Assembly: GCA_965287045.1 (NCBI GenBank)
Contig: OZ336870.1
Coordinates: 86,490,001-86,554,000 of the forward strand
From: Carcharhinus amblyrhynchos
Taxonomy: Eukaryota
Direction of reading: 5' to 3'
Length of the DNA: 64,000 nt
Shown: one piece after another, positions 23,251 through 36,049 of the stretch
How positions within the stretch are numbered: the first letter of the stretch is position 1
How the letters are laid out: each line of letters opens with the position of its first letter
Position numbers and translations under genes: made by a program
Notes under the pieces: model-generated
What the model saw: the letters and a program-made list of their open reading frames with translations, nothing else
Databases searched by the model: none
What the model was told of the DNA's origin: nothing

Positions 23251-26200
23251 TGACAACAATAGGATTCATGCTCTAAGTGTAAGTACCTTGAGATTTCTCA
23301 GTGTGATAACCCAGAAGCCAAAATTAATTCTGAAGAGGGCTACCACGCTTAACAATCTCTTTAGAGTTTTGGAGGAAGGGAAAACCCTTCAATGTGATAG
23401 ATCTAGACTTCCACAAAATGTCTGTTGGTGTACCTAAAGGCTATTGTGTTGAACTTCAAGCGGTGTGGAGTCAGGGTAATTCATAGAAATGGAAATAAAA
23501 TTGGCTGAATTGTAGAAAGTGTGTACTATTTAGAGAGGTTACATTAAGGTGAAATGTTTTGGACAAAATGGAATGTATGGAGTATAGGAGACCAGCAAAG
23601 AGTGCATTGTAGCATTGAAGGTCACAAACATGCAAAAAGATTTGGGCATTAGAGAAGTTGAAGTGTAGCAAGTAGTGGGCAAGTAACTCATCTTGGTGAC
23701 TGAAAGGATCTGGGCATTATAACTCAATTCAGGACTAACAGGATACCAAGACTGAATGGTCTGATTCAGCATAAAAGAAACAGTTTGAGATGTGGTCACT
23801 GTTGAAGGCAATTGTGATTCATCTAAGAGTAAACATTGAACAGGCCGCCTGATACCACAGAAACATCCCACGACGTAAGATTAAGCATGGAGAGAGAGAG
23901 TTGGGCAACAAATCTTTGAATCAATATAATCTAACAAATTGCTGGCTAGTCATAGACATAACTAAAATTACACCATTTTAGCTGCATGCACTGTTTAGGA
24001 GAAAGCAGTTTACACACAATACATGTAAATGTATATTTACTACACATGTACATATACTTAGCAAACATCCACACAATTCAGTTGGAATTTTGCAGTCTTT
24101 ATTTTCCCCTATAGTTTGGAATTGTCATGAATCCATCTTAATGCAGGAATATGAGGGCAACCAAAATTTTATCAGAATGATTACTGAGAATATTAACTTG
24201 AATGATGAGATGCACCAGACCTGCCCCTATTTTATCATGACATACCCTGTTATAGAGTTGCTTTAGTTGGGCTTCCTTGTTTCAGCTGAGCTGGAGAGGT
24301 TATTCTGATTGGTTCAGCTGACTGTAGGGAGAGGGGAGCAATGTTGTTCGCATTTCCATAGGTCCAAATCTTCCTGTCAGTTGCAGAGTGGTAATGACCG
24401 CCATTTAAAAAACACAGTTGCCTTTTTATATGGGAGCCATCACAGTTTCTGGTTCCTGAAGTCTGCCTTCAGTTCACTGACTAACTCTGCACAACCTTCC
24501 CCTCTGCTGCTGCCCCCCTCTGCTGCTGCCCCCCTCCCCTCCCCAACTTCATAGACAACCCACTTCCCACCCTGCTCCCAATCCCAAACAATACTCATTT
24601 CCCCTCCCCACACACTCCCCCACAATGCTGACTGTCCTAACATGGCTGGACAGGAGCCACGGATTCTAGAAGGCAAGTTGGAAGGAGGGTGAGTATTGTT
24701 GGGAGGGGTGGGGATTGCTGTAGTTGCTGGAGTGTTTGACATTCCAGCTGATTTCCTTAAAGCTGCGCACCTCAGTAGGCTTTACACTGGCCAGGAAAAT
24801 CTCTAAGTAAATCTGCCTAAAAACAAAACGAGGGTAATTATAGCACAAACAGCCCATGTTTTTACAGATATGACCCCCTCATCCCACTGTAGCAGGGAAT
24901 CATGCAGCAGTCCAGACAAAGTAAAACCGGCAATGGGAAGTTTCAGCTTCCCACCTGAGTACTTCACATGTGCCTGTCAGGGCTTCCTTAGGTCCTGAGG
25001 TGCATCAGTGCTCACGGTGAGTCATTCCACCACTTCCTATATCGGAGATAATATTCAAGTCTGGCTTTTTCACCCTACGTGACACCCCATCTTAGCAGAC
25101 GTAAAGCCTTGCAGAAGAAGCATAATAATTAAAGAAAACCCTTGTGCTCTGCTTTTCAACGTGCAAACAAACGCAATGGAACGTTGATGTAAACATGTAT
25201 ATGCAATAGTATTAATATCACAAGTCCAGGGGCAGTATCTATTTTTACTTTAAATTTACTAATTAAAAATGTACTTTGCCTCATATGATTTCACATGTAG
25301 CCTCAATGCTAATCACTAAAGTATACACAACACTACTAAAGTGAATTTGTGGTTCTTCAGCAGATATAGTCAGAGTGTGGGGGCACTGGATTTCTAATCC
25401 CTTTGTTATTATATGCTTGTCAACTATACTCTTGCATTTGTTGCCAATTTCAAATATAACTGTTAGTTACATTCTTATCAATAGGTGAAATATTCCTTGT
25501 TGCAAGAAAATACTTAAAGTCACTGTTATGCGAGCGAAATATCTGAATCAGGTCTTTCACTAAATCTTCGTTTACCCTTATAGAAGTGGTGCTTGCTATT
25601 GAGAATATTTATGAAGTATCGATGGGGATTGTTGTACTTTGTTCTTCATCTTTCTGGAGAAAGTTAATTGATGTGATCAAGAAATGGAATGTAAACCTGT
25701 TGGCAAACAATTCAATTCAATTTTGGCCACATAATTACCATCTCCCTCAAGGTATTGTTTAATGACTGTAGGTAGACCTGAGTTACTACCACTCATTCCA
25801 AGTAGCACAGGTTTTAACTTGTTGAGGTTTGCTTCAAAATGACGTTTAGTTACAGTAACTTAACAGGAGTGAAGAGGATTGAATTTTTTAAACATGCTAG
25901 TACAGATGTAATATTTTCTGGAAATAATAGACTGAAATTACCTTTAAAAAACCTAATTGTATTATATTGCCAAAACACAAACAAATTGTAATCCCAAGTA
26001 ACATAATTTTGATGGCTTTGTTCCTGTCAGGGCATCAACCAGGTGCTGCTATAATTGGACTTTTGTAACTCACTAGTAATATTAAGCATTGTGGCCCCTA
26101 AGGTAGTGACTATACTTGCTATATTTGAATGTTCACCAATGAATTAGAAAACAGTTCCATAATTAGAATATGATGTGATTTCAGCAGTGATCTCAGAGTT

Positions 26201-26309
26201 TTAAAATGTGCCCATTATTCCTTTTATTTGAGTGAGGAAGAGAACTTATTTTCCTTTTTAAACAGCTGGTTATGCCCCAGATCGATATTGCCAATTTATC
26301 TTTTTAAAA

Positions 26310-26640
26310 ACTTCATGCGTTCATGGGACATGGCTGGGCCAGCATTTATTGCCACGTCACTAACTGGTATTGAGAGCTTTAAGGGTCAGCTGTGGACCCA
26401 GAGTCACATGTAGGCCAGACCAGGTAAGGATGACTGATTTCCTTCTCTAAAGGACATTAAAGAATGAGATGGGTTTTTCCAGCTATTGATGGTTTCATGG
26501 TCATCATTAGTTAATTCCAGATTTTTATTGAACTCAAATTCCACTATCTGCCCTGGTTGGATTCAAACCCAGATTTGCAGAGCATTACCATGGGTCTCAG
26601 GAACTAGTCCAATGATAATACCACTACACCACTGCCACCC
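26310..26640 (-). mobile_element. tRNA-derived SINE (same family as 3597-3965)
   Basis: ccagcatttattgcc tail, gagtcacatgtaggccagacc body, ggattcaaaccc B-box, taccactacacc A-box (all seen as reverse complement). Confidence 0.8.
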
Positions 26641-27649
26641 CTTACTATTTTATTTCTACAATTCAAAGAATCATTCCAGCACTTTCTGCTGGGCCTTTAA
26701 ATGGGTGCAGGGGTGTGATGGGGGAGGGAGGGAGTGAGACAAGAGGTGCGTGAGTGAGGAACGATAAGCCTAGAATGTTGCTTAATTAGCCGTTGCTTGT
26801 GTTAGCCCAGTTTGATTGTTGCCAGATTACTCTGGAGTGAATTACGGGTAACCTGACCTGTTTCTGTTCCAGTATATGTATATTTCCCAGCAATGAGTCA
26901 CTAGATGGTGATTGTGAAGGGAAAATGCTGGTTTATTCTTCCCTGTTGACCAGTTTCAGTGTCGCAAATGGCTCTATGACTTGAGACCAATAAACATGGG
27001 AGAGTTTTGTTGCAACTTGTATTTATCTCTGTTCTGTCTTTTTGTAAAATTCTACTTCCTACATTGGGAACCTTGGGGAGACACTTGAGTCCCAAGGTTT
27101 GACGAAATAGTCTTGCCAATTGCTAAGAGCGACAGTGCACACTAATGGCAGTGCCTCTGCTCTGATGCCTCACATTTGAGGAAAGAGGAAGAAGCATGTT
27201 CTGGGTCTATATTTGACAAATATGATATGAAACAAAATCTCTGCTGGTTTGGTACCCCCAATGTTTCTCTTTAATTTTTCACTCTACCTTTTATTATTGT
27301 TAGTAGTTTATCGTTAACGAGAATATGTTGTCATGTATGAAAATATTCCTGTGATTGCTCAAAAATCTCACCGTGATTTGCTGATGCTTGTTGACTTTGG
27401 GAGTAGTTATTGTTTTATATGTTTCCGGTGTGAATTCTTTTGTGGTATTTCTTCCTAGCAGTCATCAACAGACCTTCTTGGACATTAACTAAGCTTACTA
27501 TCTATGCTTAGCATCCATGCTTACTGAACTCTGATTACTCTCACTATTCAGATGATACAGCCAAGATGCAGCACAGCATCTATGTTGTGCTGTGCTGAAT
27601 ATTGATTGCCTGTGCCTGCCCTTCCATGCTATTAATCCATTTTGTCTGG

Positions 27650-28830
27650 TTTTTTTTGTGCCTGTGAATGTCACTGCCAAGGCCAGCATTTATTGCTTAT
27701 CCATAATTACTCTCAAAGGTGCTGGTGAGCTGCTTAGAGCAATATCAGGAAGGAAGTTCCAGAATTTGAACCAGAGCCAGTGAAGGAATGGAATAATGGA
27801 ATAGAATAATGTATAATTCCAAGTCAAGATAGTGTGTTGTTTAAAGGGGAATTTTCATATGGTGGTGTTCCATGTGTCTGCTGTCCTTGTACTAGGTGGT
27901 AGAGATCACAGGTTTGGAAGAACAGTTGAAGAAGCCTTGATGAGTTACTGTAATAAATTTTGTACACAGCTGCCATTGTGTGATATTGGGGTTTTTTTGA
28001 CTTGAATAAGATCTGTTAGGTGTTTTATCAATGGTGTTCCCTCCACCATAAGGTAAATGGGAACGTTTGCTAATGATGGTGTAGTGTAGAGTAACACTTA
28101 CGAGTCTTCAGATGCAAGAGCAGGCCATGTCCATATGCAGAAAGACCTGGAAAGCATTCAGGCTTGCTAATATATTAATAATATTATTGGTGATATTATT
28201 ACCAATAATATCTGGCAAGTATTATTCACATAATTCACATGATATTGGGGGAACTGTATATATTAATGATGGAAGATGGCTGCATTATCCTGGATTGTGT
28301 TGAGCTTTTTGAATGTTATTGGAACTGCACTCATCAGGCAAGTGGAGAATATTCCATCACACTCTGTAGATGTGCCCTGTAGATGGTGGATAGGCTTTGG
28401 GGATTCAGGAAGTAAGTTTTTCTTTGCAGAGTTCCCAGCCTCTGACCTGCTCTTTTGGCCGCTATTTTTGAGACTATTCTAGTTAAGTTTCAGGTCAGTG
28501 GTAACATTCAGGATATTGTTGGTGGCAAATTCAGTGATGGTAATGCGGTTGAGTGTCAAAGCGAAATGATTAGATTCTCTCTTGTTGGAAATGGTCATTG
28601 CTTGCACTTGTAGATGTGAATAATACTTGCCAGATATTATTGGTAATAATATCACCAATAATATTATTAATATATTAGCAAGCCTGAATGCTTTCCAGGT
28701 CTTTCTGCATATGGACATGGCCTGCTCTTGCATCTGAAGACTCGTAAGTGTTACTCTACACTACACCATCATTAGCAAACGTTCCCATTTACCTTATGGT
28801 GGAGGGAACACCATTGATAAAACACCTAAC
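27650..28830 (-). mobile_element. LINE family B 3' fragment containing an inserted inverted copy of its own downstream part
   Basis: Tail ggccagcatttattg at about 27680. Collinear with 5900-6700 except for the insert at 27992-28239. Confidence 0.8.
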
Positions 28831-28853
28831 AGATCTTATTCAAGTCAAAAAAA
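27992..28853. repeat. 240-bp inverted repeat (27992-28231 / 28614-28853), 382-bp spacer
   Basis: Arms appear identical by eye. They give the mirror ORFs 28112+ and 28733- (MQEQAMSICRKTW...). Confidence 0.95.
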
Positions 28854-29302
28854 AACTTATCAACTTTCAATATGAATATTGTATTTCTTTCTTTACCTCC
28901 AGCCTACACTGTTTCTTCGCTCTTTGTGCCATTTCCAATTCTTTGTTTATTTCAGCTCTTTCCTTCAAAGTGGCAAACTCTTCTCTCCTATTAAAATGCC
29001 GTTTTACTTAAGTTTAGCTTTTATTTGGTTAAAGTTCAAGTTGATATGTGACGTGTACATTTTTAGTCCTAGTTTCAAGTAGCGAGTAACTCTTAACACT
29101 AACATAGATCATTGAGTGGCAGTCCCTTTTGCAGCTCATATAGATTAATGGTATTGGCGTGAGGCCGGCTGATAGTTTTTCTTTCCAGTGATCTCTCACT
29201 CCCACCATCCAGTCATTTCTTTTGTCCTCTGCTTTTTCCATTCCTTGACTGCATGGCTCCCAGCACTCTGGTCAGCAGCAAGTATTTCGCATGCATTGAC
29301 TA

Positions 29303-29586
29303 CAGAATTTCTACAATGCAGAAGGAGGCCATTTGGTTCATCAAGTCTGCAGTGACTCTCCAACAGGACATCTTACTTAAGCCCGTAACCCTGCACATTT
29401 ACCATGGCTAATCCACCTAACCTGCACATCTTTGGACTGTTGGAGGAAACCGCAACACCAGAAGACATTCATGTAGACACAGAGAGAATGTGCAAACTCC
29501 ACAGTCACCCAGGGCCGGAATCGAATCTGGGTTGCTAGCACAGTGGTGGAGGCAACAGTGCTAACCACTGTGCTACCATGCTGCCC
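29303..29586 (-). mobile_element. HE1-type V-SINE
   Basis: gggcagcatggtagcacagtggttagcac head, V-domain and CR1-like tail on the minus strand. Confidence 0.9.
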
Positions 29587-29639
29587 AGAAATAGAGTAAC
29601 TTACGGGATATTTCTGGATCAGTGGTATGGCAAGGGTTG

Positions 29640-30330
29640 ACCCGAGGACAACCTTTCTTCTTGCAGTGTTGTAGTTTCCTTGGTTGAAGCCTGACTTTGC
29701 CACACACCAGGATATGGTTAATGTCACAGTCAGTGCTGTGACAGCTGTGAATGACAGGGACACTGAGGCTGGTATACCTGGTTATGATGAGATCTAGCTA
29801 ATGCCAGTCACCTGATTGCAGATGTCTCCAGCACACCTTGTGACATGGCTTTATTTGGAAGTAGTTTCTTGTTGCAAAGTCCATGGTAACTGCATATTTC
29901 CAGCAACTGTTCATTTTTGTTCACCATGCCAATTCCCTGATGCCCTATGCACATTGGGCAAGCTGTGTAGTTGGTACCCAGTCCTATGGGACTGCATTCT
30001 GGATTTTCTGTAAGGATTTACTCCCTTAGCTGCCTTCTTTCTGGTGATATCCAGAAGGCAGTGGGGCAATTTGCCCATAGTTGAGGATTTGTTTTATGGG
30101 CACCAGGACATAACCACCAGCATGGGACTGTGTGCCCATGTGTCTGGGGGTCTTGCCTCCTCTGAGTCTCCTGTAGTTTATCTTGAATCTGCCACGTATC
30201 CAGTTTACATATTTTGCCACGGGGAGGCACTGCCCCAGCTATGCACTGATAGGAGGAGCTTATGATGGCTTACTTTTTACAGTAACCAGCGGTAAGCACT
30301 GAAGTAGCAGACCACTAAGCACCAGCCACT
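29640..30330 (-). mobile_element. RTE-clade LINE 5' remnant (AP endonuclease), degenerate
   Basis: Minus-strand translation with frameshifts gives CIGHQGIG..N.NEQLLEIC.YH.L and KPCHKVCWRH...W..LDLII, typical of RTE/BovB endonucleases. Confidence 0.7.
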
Positions 30331-31499
30331 AGTTAACATATTTGAAGCAACACATCATCTGGAACCATATAATCGGCTGTGTCACAAATGTCTGTCATGA
30401 TTGGTGTAAAACATTTGCTTTTGCATAACGCATCTTAAAATTTTCAGGCTGAATAGAAAAAATGCTGTGTTTTTGCCCAAGCTCGTGGGTTGAATAGTTT
30501 TACAATGAGAGCAAAACTAAATTGTGTAATGTTTGTGTATTTTCACTTTTCTTACCATAAATGGGAGTTGTATGACTGAGACATTACTTTTTATGACTTG
30601 CATTCGGTCTGCCAGTATCTTTAAAACATCTCATTGACTTCAAAAAATGTTACAAGCCCAGGGGAAAGTTTATAGTAAAAATGGTTACGCTCAATTGTGC
30701 CATTGGGGAATATGTATTTGTTCCATTGAGTGTAGATGAAGCTGCACTGCAGTTTGTCCACACCTGTCCCTTTGTTTCATAAAAAGTGGGTACAGAAATA
30801 ATGAAAATATCAAAGCTTTCTCCTTTTTAAAGGTTTGACATGTTTATCCAGGGGGTAGCTGAGCCATATTAAGGTGGAAAGAGGGGCTGTGTTTTGATCT
30901 GAAGTCTTTATTAAATTAGCAGATCTCATTTAGGGCTGGCATCTGTGGAGTTCTACCCCAACAACTCAGTTCAAAAAGGAGGGGAGAAGCATTGATGAGA
31001 AGGAAGTAATGTTATGAATTGAAAAAAGAGCCTTTTTTTTAAATGGGGCTGATGCAAACCTGTGTTGTTCGTCATCTTTAGTTGTACGGCAAATCAACTC
31101 TGTTCTCTGAAGACTGGCGATTCTTCCACTCGGCTGTAAACAATGTTTATTTTTAGGCCCAAAGCCCAAGTGCATTATGTTGTGTGTTACTTTGCTGCCA
31201 GAAGCTGGCAACTTGTTTTGGTCCTTGATTTTTATTCAATCCCTCTAATTTATTTGGATAGGTTTCACTTTAAATGATCACCAATACGTTGCACGAATTG
31301 TTTTCCCAATATTTCTTCCAGGGACTTTAGTAATTGACACCTCATTTGCTAAAATGATGAGGATAGTGAAATCAGTAACTAGGAAATATTACACTCCTGA
31401 AACGTATTAAGGCTAGAAATAAGCTGTTAACTAATGAATTGCAGTACAAAGACAGTCTTTAACACAGTAGGTGTTACTGGCATCACTGCTTTTCTTGAC

Positions 31500-32070
31500 A
31501 TATATTCATCAATTAGACTTGAGTATAAAGGGTAAGATTTCAATATGTGCAGACGACAACTTGGAAATGTTTTGCGAACTGTGAGGAGGATTGTGTTGTA
31601 TTTCAAGAGGACTTAAGCTGGTGGAATGGGCAGAAAGATGGCAGATGAAATTTAGTATGGAGAAGTATGAAATAATGGTTTGATAAGAAGAACGAAGGGA
31701 GGCAATATAAAATAAAGGATACAATTCTAAAAAGAGTGCTGAGAGACCTGGGTATATGTTGAGAAATCATTAAACAGGGCAGGCTGAGAAAGTGGTTAAA
31801 AGGTGTTCAGTATCTTGGATTTGATCTAATTGGGTATTAATTACAAAAGATTCTCTGTGATGAACTTCTTAATAACGCATTTGTTGAGATTCAGCTAGAG
31901 TATTCTGTCCAATTCTGGGACTACATTTTAGGAAGGATGTGATGACTTTAAAGAAGGTGCAGAAAATACTTATGAGAAAAATGGTTCTGGGTATAATGGA
32001 TAGATTGAAGAAGCTGGAGTTCTTCATGCAGAAGATTGAAAGAGGAATTGACAGAAGTGTTCAAAGTCAT
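31500..32070 (+). mobile_element. Old CR1 RT/C-terminal fragment
   Basis: gcagacgacaac (ADD), tggcagatgaaattt (WQMKF), ctagagtattctgtccaattctgg (LEYSVQFW). Confidence 0.7.
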
Positions 32071-32890
32071 GGAAAATAGGAGTAGAAGTAGGCCATTTAT
32101 CCTTTCGAGCTTGCTCCATCATTCATTATGCTCTGGCTGATCAACAAATTTAATACCCTGATCCTGCCTTCCCCACATATCCCTTGATTCCCTTAGCCCC
32201 AAGAGTTATATCTAATTCCTCCTTGAAATTTCACTGTTTTGCCCTCAACTACTTTCTGTGATAGTGAATTCCACAGATTCACCTCCTGTACTCTCTGATG
32301 CTATATCATTTGCCTTCTTTACTGCCTGTTGTAGCTGTGTGCTTACTTTCAGTGATTGATGCACAAGGACAGCAAGGTGTCCTTGGTCAATATCCACCCA
32401 TTTAAATAATAAGCTGCCTTCCTATTTTTGCTACCGAACTGGATAACCTCACATTTATCCATATTACACTGCATCTGCAATGCATATGCGCATTGACTCA
32501 GCCTGTCCAAATCACGCTGAAACATCTCTGCACCTTCACAGCTCACCCTCCCACCCAACTTTGTAGTATCTGCAAATTTGGAGAAAATACATTGAGTTCC
32601 TTCATCCAAATCACTAATCTATAATGTGAACAGTTGTGGTCTTAACACAGATCCCTGCGGTACCTGACTAGTCACTGACTGCCTATCAGACAAAGACTCA
32701 ATTATTCCAACTCTTTGGTTCCTATCTGCTAACCTGTGAGACCATGTCAAAATCTTTCTGAAAATCAAAAAAGAACACATGCAGTGGTTTTCCCTGGTCG
32801 GCTCTACTAGTTAAATCCTTAAAGAATTCCGGTAAATTTGTCAAGCATGATTTCCCTTTCGTAAATCCATGCTGACTTTGTCCGATACCT
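32071..32890 (-). mobile_element. CR1 fragment with internal deletions
   Basis: ORFs with QHGFTKGKSCLTNL and SKFADTTKLGG. Tail at about 32075. Confidence 0.85.
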
Positions 32891-33254
32891 GGCTTTTCAC
32901 TCTTCATCTCAAGAGAAAGCTGTCTTGCTCTAACACTCCTAGCTCTCTCCTGATCTGCTTGTCTTGCAGCACCTCAGCCCTCCTGAAAATCTGTGTGCGT
33001 GCATCGTTTCTGCGGCATGGGGCATTTGGTCATCTATCCTCCTGCAACTACTGTATTGTGTGCCCCTTCATCTCATGAATGTCTTATACAGATTGCAGTG
33101 GGTATCTTTTGTCCCTTGTTTGAAGTGCTTGTTCCAGGGCATTAACCTGAAAGTTCTAGGTAAGTTAAGCTCATGTTCAAGATAGGACCCTGAATGCATA
33201 ATTATATTTGCTTCTAAATTGTGGCCTAGAAACAAGTAAATAATGTATGTGATA

Positions 33255-33830
33255 CAAGCAGGAAGCATTGGCAATAGCCAACAGGTCTGGCAGCATCTGT
33301 GGTGAGAGAAACAGAGTTAAATGTTTCAGTTTGGTGACAAATCAACAGTTCTGTTGAAAGTTTACAGATTTGAAGCTTTGGGTGGAGTCTAATGTCCTCC
33401 CCTGAGGTTTGGGTGGGGTGTTATTTAATCAGACAGGGTTGGAGGATGGGGACCCTGCTGCCTTCTCATCTCTTTCGTGTTTTAAGTCTGAATACTCATG
33501 GACAGCTTTTGTACCTTGCCTCCTATAATGTCCACCTCATCTTACTGCTGCTATTACTTGTCCAGCTGTGGGGAGGGTCTTGCTGTGCAAGATGTCCAAA
33601 AAAAAGTGAAACCTATTGGCATTAAGTGCCTGGTTGGCACCTAAATTGGTGGGCCTTGAAGGGAGGCAGTGTTCCTGCCTGCTCTGCAACTAGAGAGCAA
33701 GACCCTCATTACCGCCATTAAAAACCATTCATAATCTCTATTGCTTGCTTCACAGGTGCTGCCAGACCTGGTGAGTTTTTCCTGTATTTTCCCCTTTGTT
33801 CAGATTTACATGATTCGCAGTATTTTACTT
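33255..33830. mobile_element. PLE family 2 palindromic element interrupted by an unclassified insert (about 33380-33735)
   Basis: caggtctggcagcatctgtg (about 33282-33301) is inverted relative to cacaggtgctgccagacctg (about 33751-33770). Confidence 0.6.
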
Positions 33831-35705
33831 TCTGTATCAATACCATGTGTTTGTTACCTCTCAAAATAAATGTAAAAATAATTGCCAGTCACTCATGCTA
33901 ATTTTTTTGTTCCAGTGTGTTTGCTGTTTATTATGTTTTTATTGAAAGTTATATCAAGCTGAAATTCTAATAATGGGAAACATTGTATTATTTAGTCTGA
34001 CTTAGAGAACTTGCAAAACATGATTTTGTAAAAAAGAACCCTGCGGTTAGTATCAATGTTGTAGCTGGAAAGATCTGAAGTTGTAAGTGGCATACTTATA
34101 AAACAGCAATTATTGATAAAGTTCTCTCAGAATTCTTTGCTGTTCATTATCCTTACCCTTTCAATAACCCAAAAGTATTGACAAGACAACATTTGCAGTC
34201 AAGCATTGGGTTAAATTCTTGTTTATTTAATTATTTAATATTAATGATTTTTCATTTTAAACAACTGACCGGTCAAGCAAGAGGTGAGAAATAATGTCAG
34301 CATATGCATATTTTTTAAATCACAAAAAAAGCATGTAATTTAAGTTTAAAAGTCCTAGTTCTTTTAATCTCCACTCTTGTAACAGTACTGAACCTCTGTG
34401 AAAAGTGCATTAGATCATCTTATACTTTGGTTGTTTTCATGGTATGTCATTTTGGTTTATGATGTAATGTTCCTTAACTTGTACACAGATGGTAACAAAT
34501 TCCTAATCAACGTTTTCCAACCATTGTAATTCCACCTGAAAGAATTGTTACCTGATTGAAAGGCTTTAACAAGATCTGAAGTTCGATGGTATGTTATGAA
34601 TTAAGTGATTTGTAGCCATCATCTAGGTCCCATAATAACATTATGTCCTTCATGTAATTCCAAGGAGGATAAATTTTATTCTTACAATCTTTTTTTACTG
34701 TGAAATTCATTGGGTTAGTTGAGGGAAAGCTTTGTCTTTTACCAATGTCAGTTGTTACGGCAGCCACTGACGTGCAGTGCACTTCACTTCCTAAAGCTTA
34801 ATGACCTCGAGACTGAAAGATTAATGCTTCTCATTTAATTACTGCAAGTTTATTGAATGATAATCAATGATTGTTTAACAGGAAATAAATATAGGCTGTA
34901 TATTTAACTTATTGGTGAATAATACAGGCTGCTGGATGTATTATCAATGTATTGACTGAGTAATGAAGAAAAGCTCCAGAGATTTCAGTGTCATCTGGAC
35001 ACTGCAATGTCCTGTGTCCTTGAAGCAGATGCGTAACTGCATTTTATACGAATTCAGTATCAACTAATGAATCTATTGGCTGACGTTGTGATTAAATTGT
35101 GGTGTTTGAACTGAATTGATTTTGGGCTTCATTTCATTGTATTTCAGAGGTGAATTGCATAAACCATGCATCTTGTGTTGTAATGTCATTGGAAATGCAT
35201 CCAGACCTTTTTCCTAAAGATAACTGCTAGCTGAAGTTGTATGGAAAGCAAACAAAATTGCTTATTTTCTCCTCATAAAGCTTTACATTCACAAAAATTT
35301 TCATTATTTGCTTTCATTCAAAATAAATATATAAGCAAGCAGTGTGATAGCTATCATATCTCCCAGAATTTCAAAAAAATCACACATTTAGCCGAAGATA
35401 CCGGTGCTTATGTTGAGTGTAGTTTTTTCAGATCCCACTGTGTGCTGCAGAATACATGGTTGCTTTGGTATACAGACTGCAGTGGTGAATGATGTGGCAC
35501 CCTGGACATACGTGTGTACCTACACATGACAGCATAGTTCCAAAATCATTTTGGAATAAAACATTACATCTCTTTTTAAAAAAGAAATACATCTTTAATG
35601 ATTGAAAGGCTATGTTATCATTTTTTATATCTAAAGAAAATATGCAATTAACCATATGATTCCAAACTTTTATAGCTTGTTGAATTTTCTCAACAAGCTT
35701 TATCC

Positions 35706-36041
35706 ATCATAGAATCATAGAACCCTACTGTGCAGAAAGAGGCCATTGGCCCATCGAGCCTGCACTGACCACAATCCCATGCAGGCCCTACCCCCATATC
35801 TTACCCACTAATCCTTCTAACCTACACGTCTCAGGGCACTAAGGGGAAATTTTAACATGGCCAGTCAACCTAACCCGCTCATCTTTGGACTGTGGGTGGA
35901 AACCGGAGCACTCGAAGGAAACCCACGCGGACACAAGGAGCATGTGCAAACTCCACACAGACAATGACCCAAGCCGGGAATCAAACCCAGGTTCCTGGAG
36001 CTGTGAAGCAGCAGTGCTAACCACTGTGCTACCGTGCCACC
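35706..36041 (-). mobile_element. HE1-type V-SINE, near full length
   Basis: ggtggcacggtagcacagtggttagcac head, V-domain and (ttctatga)n tail. Confidence 0.92.
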
Positions 36042-36049
36042 CATAGTAC

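Noticed and set aside
28112-28733. Two convergent ORFs with the same hydrophobic N-terminus (MQEQAMS...ILIILLVILLPII)
   Set aside because: By-product of the inverted duplication and the AT-rich scar within a dead LINE.
30220-30340. Possible HDV-like ribozyme at the RTE 5' end
   Set aside because: RTE elements can carry one, but I could not build the nested double pseudoknot from this degenerate copy.
34489-34589. cag|...|gtatgt bounded segment as a possible exon
   Set aside because: Stops in all three frames. It could only be non-coding and there is no further support.
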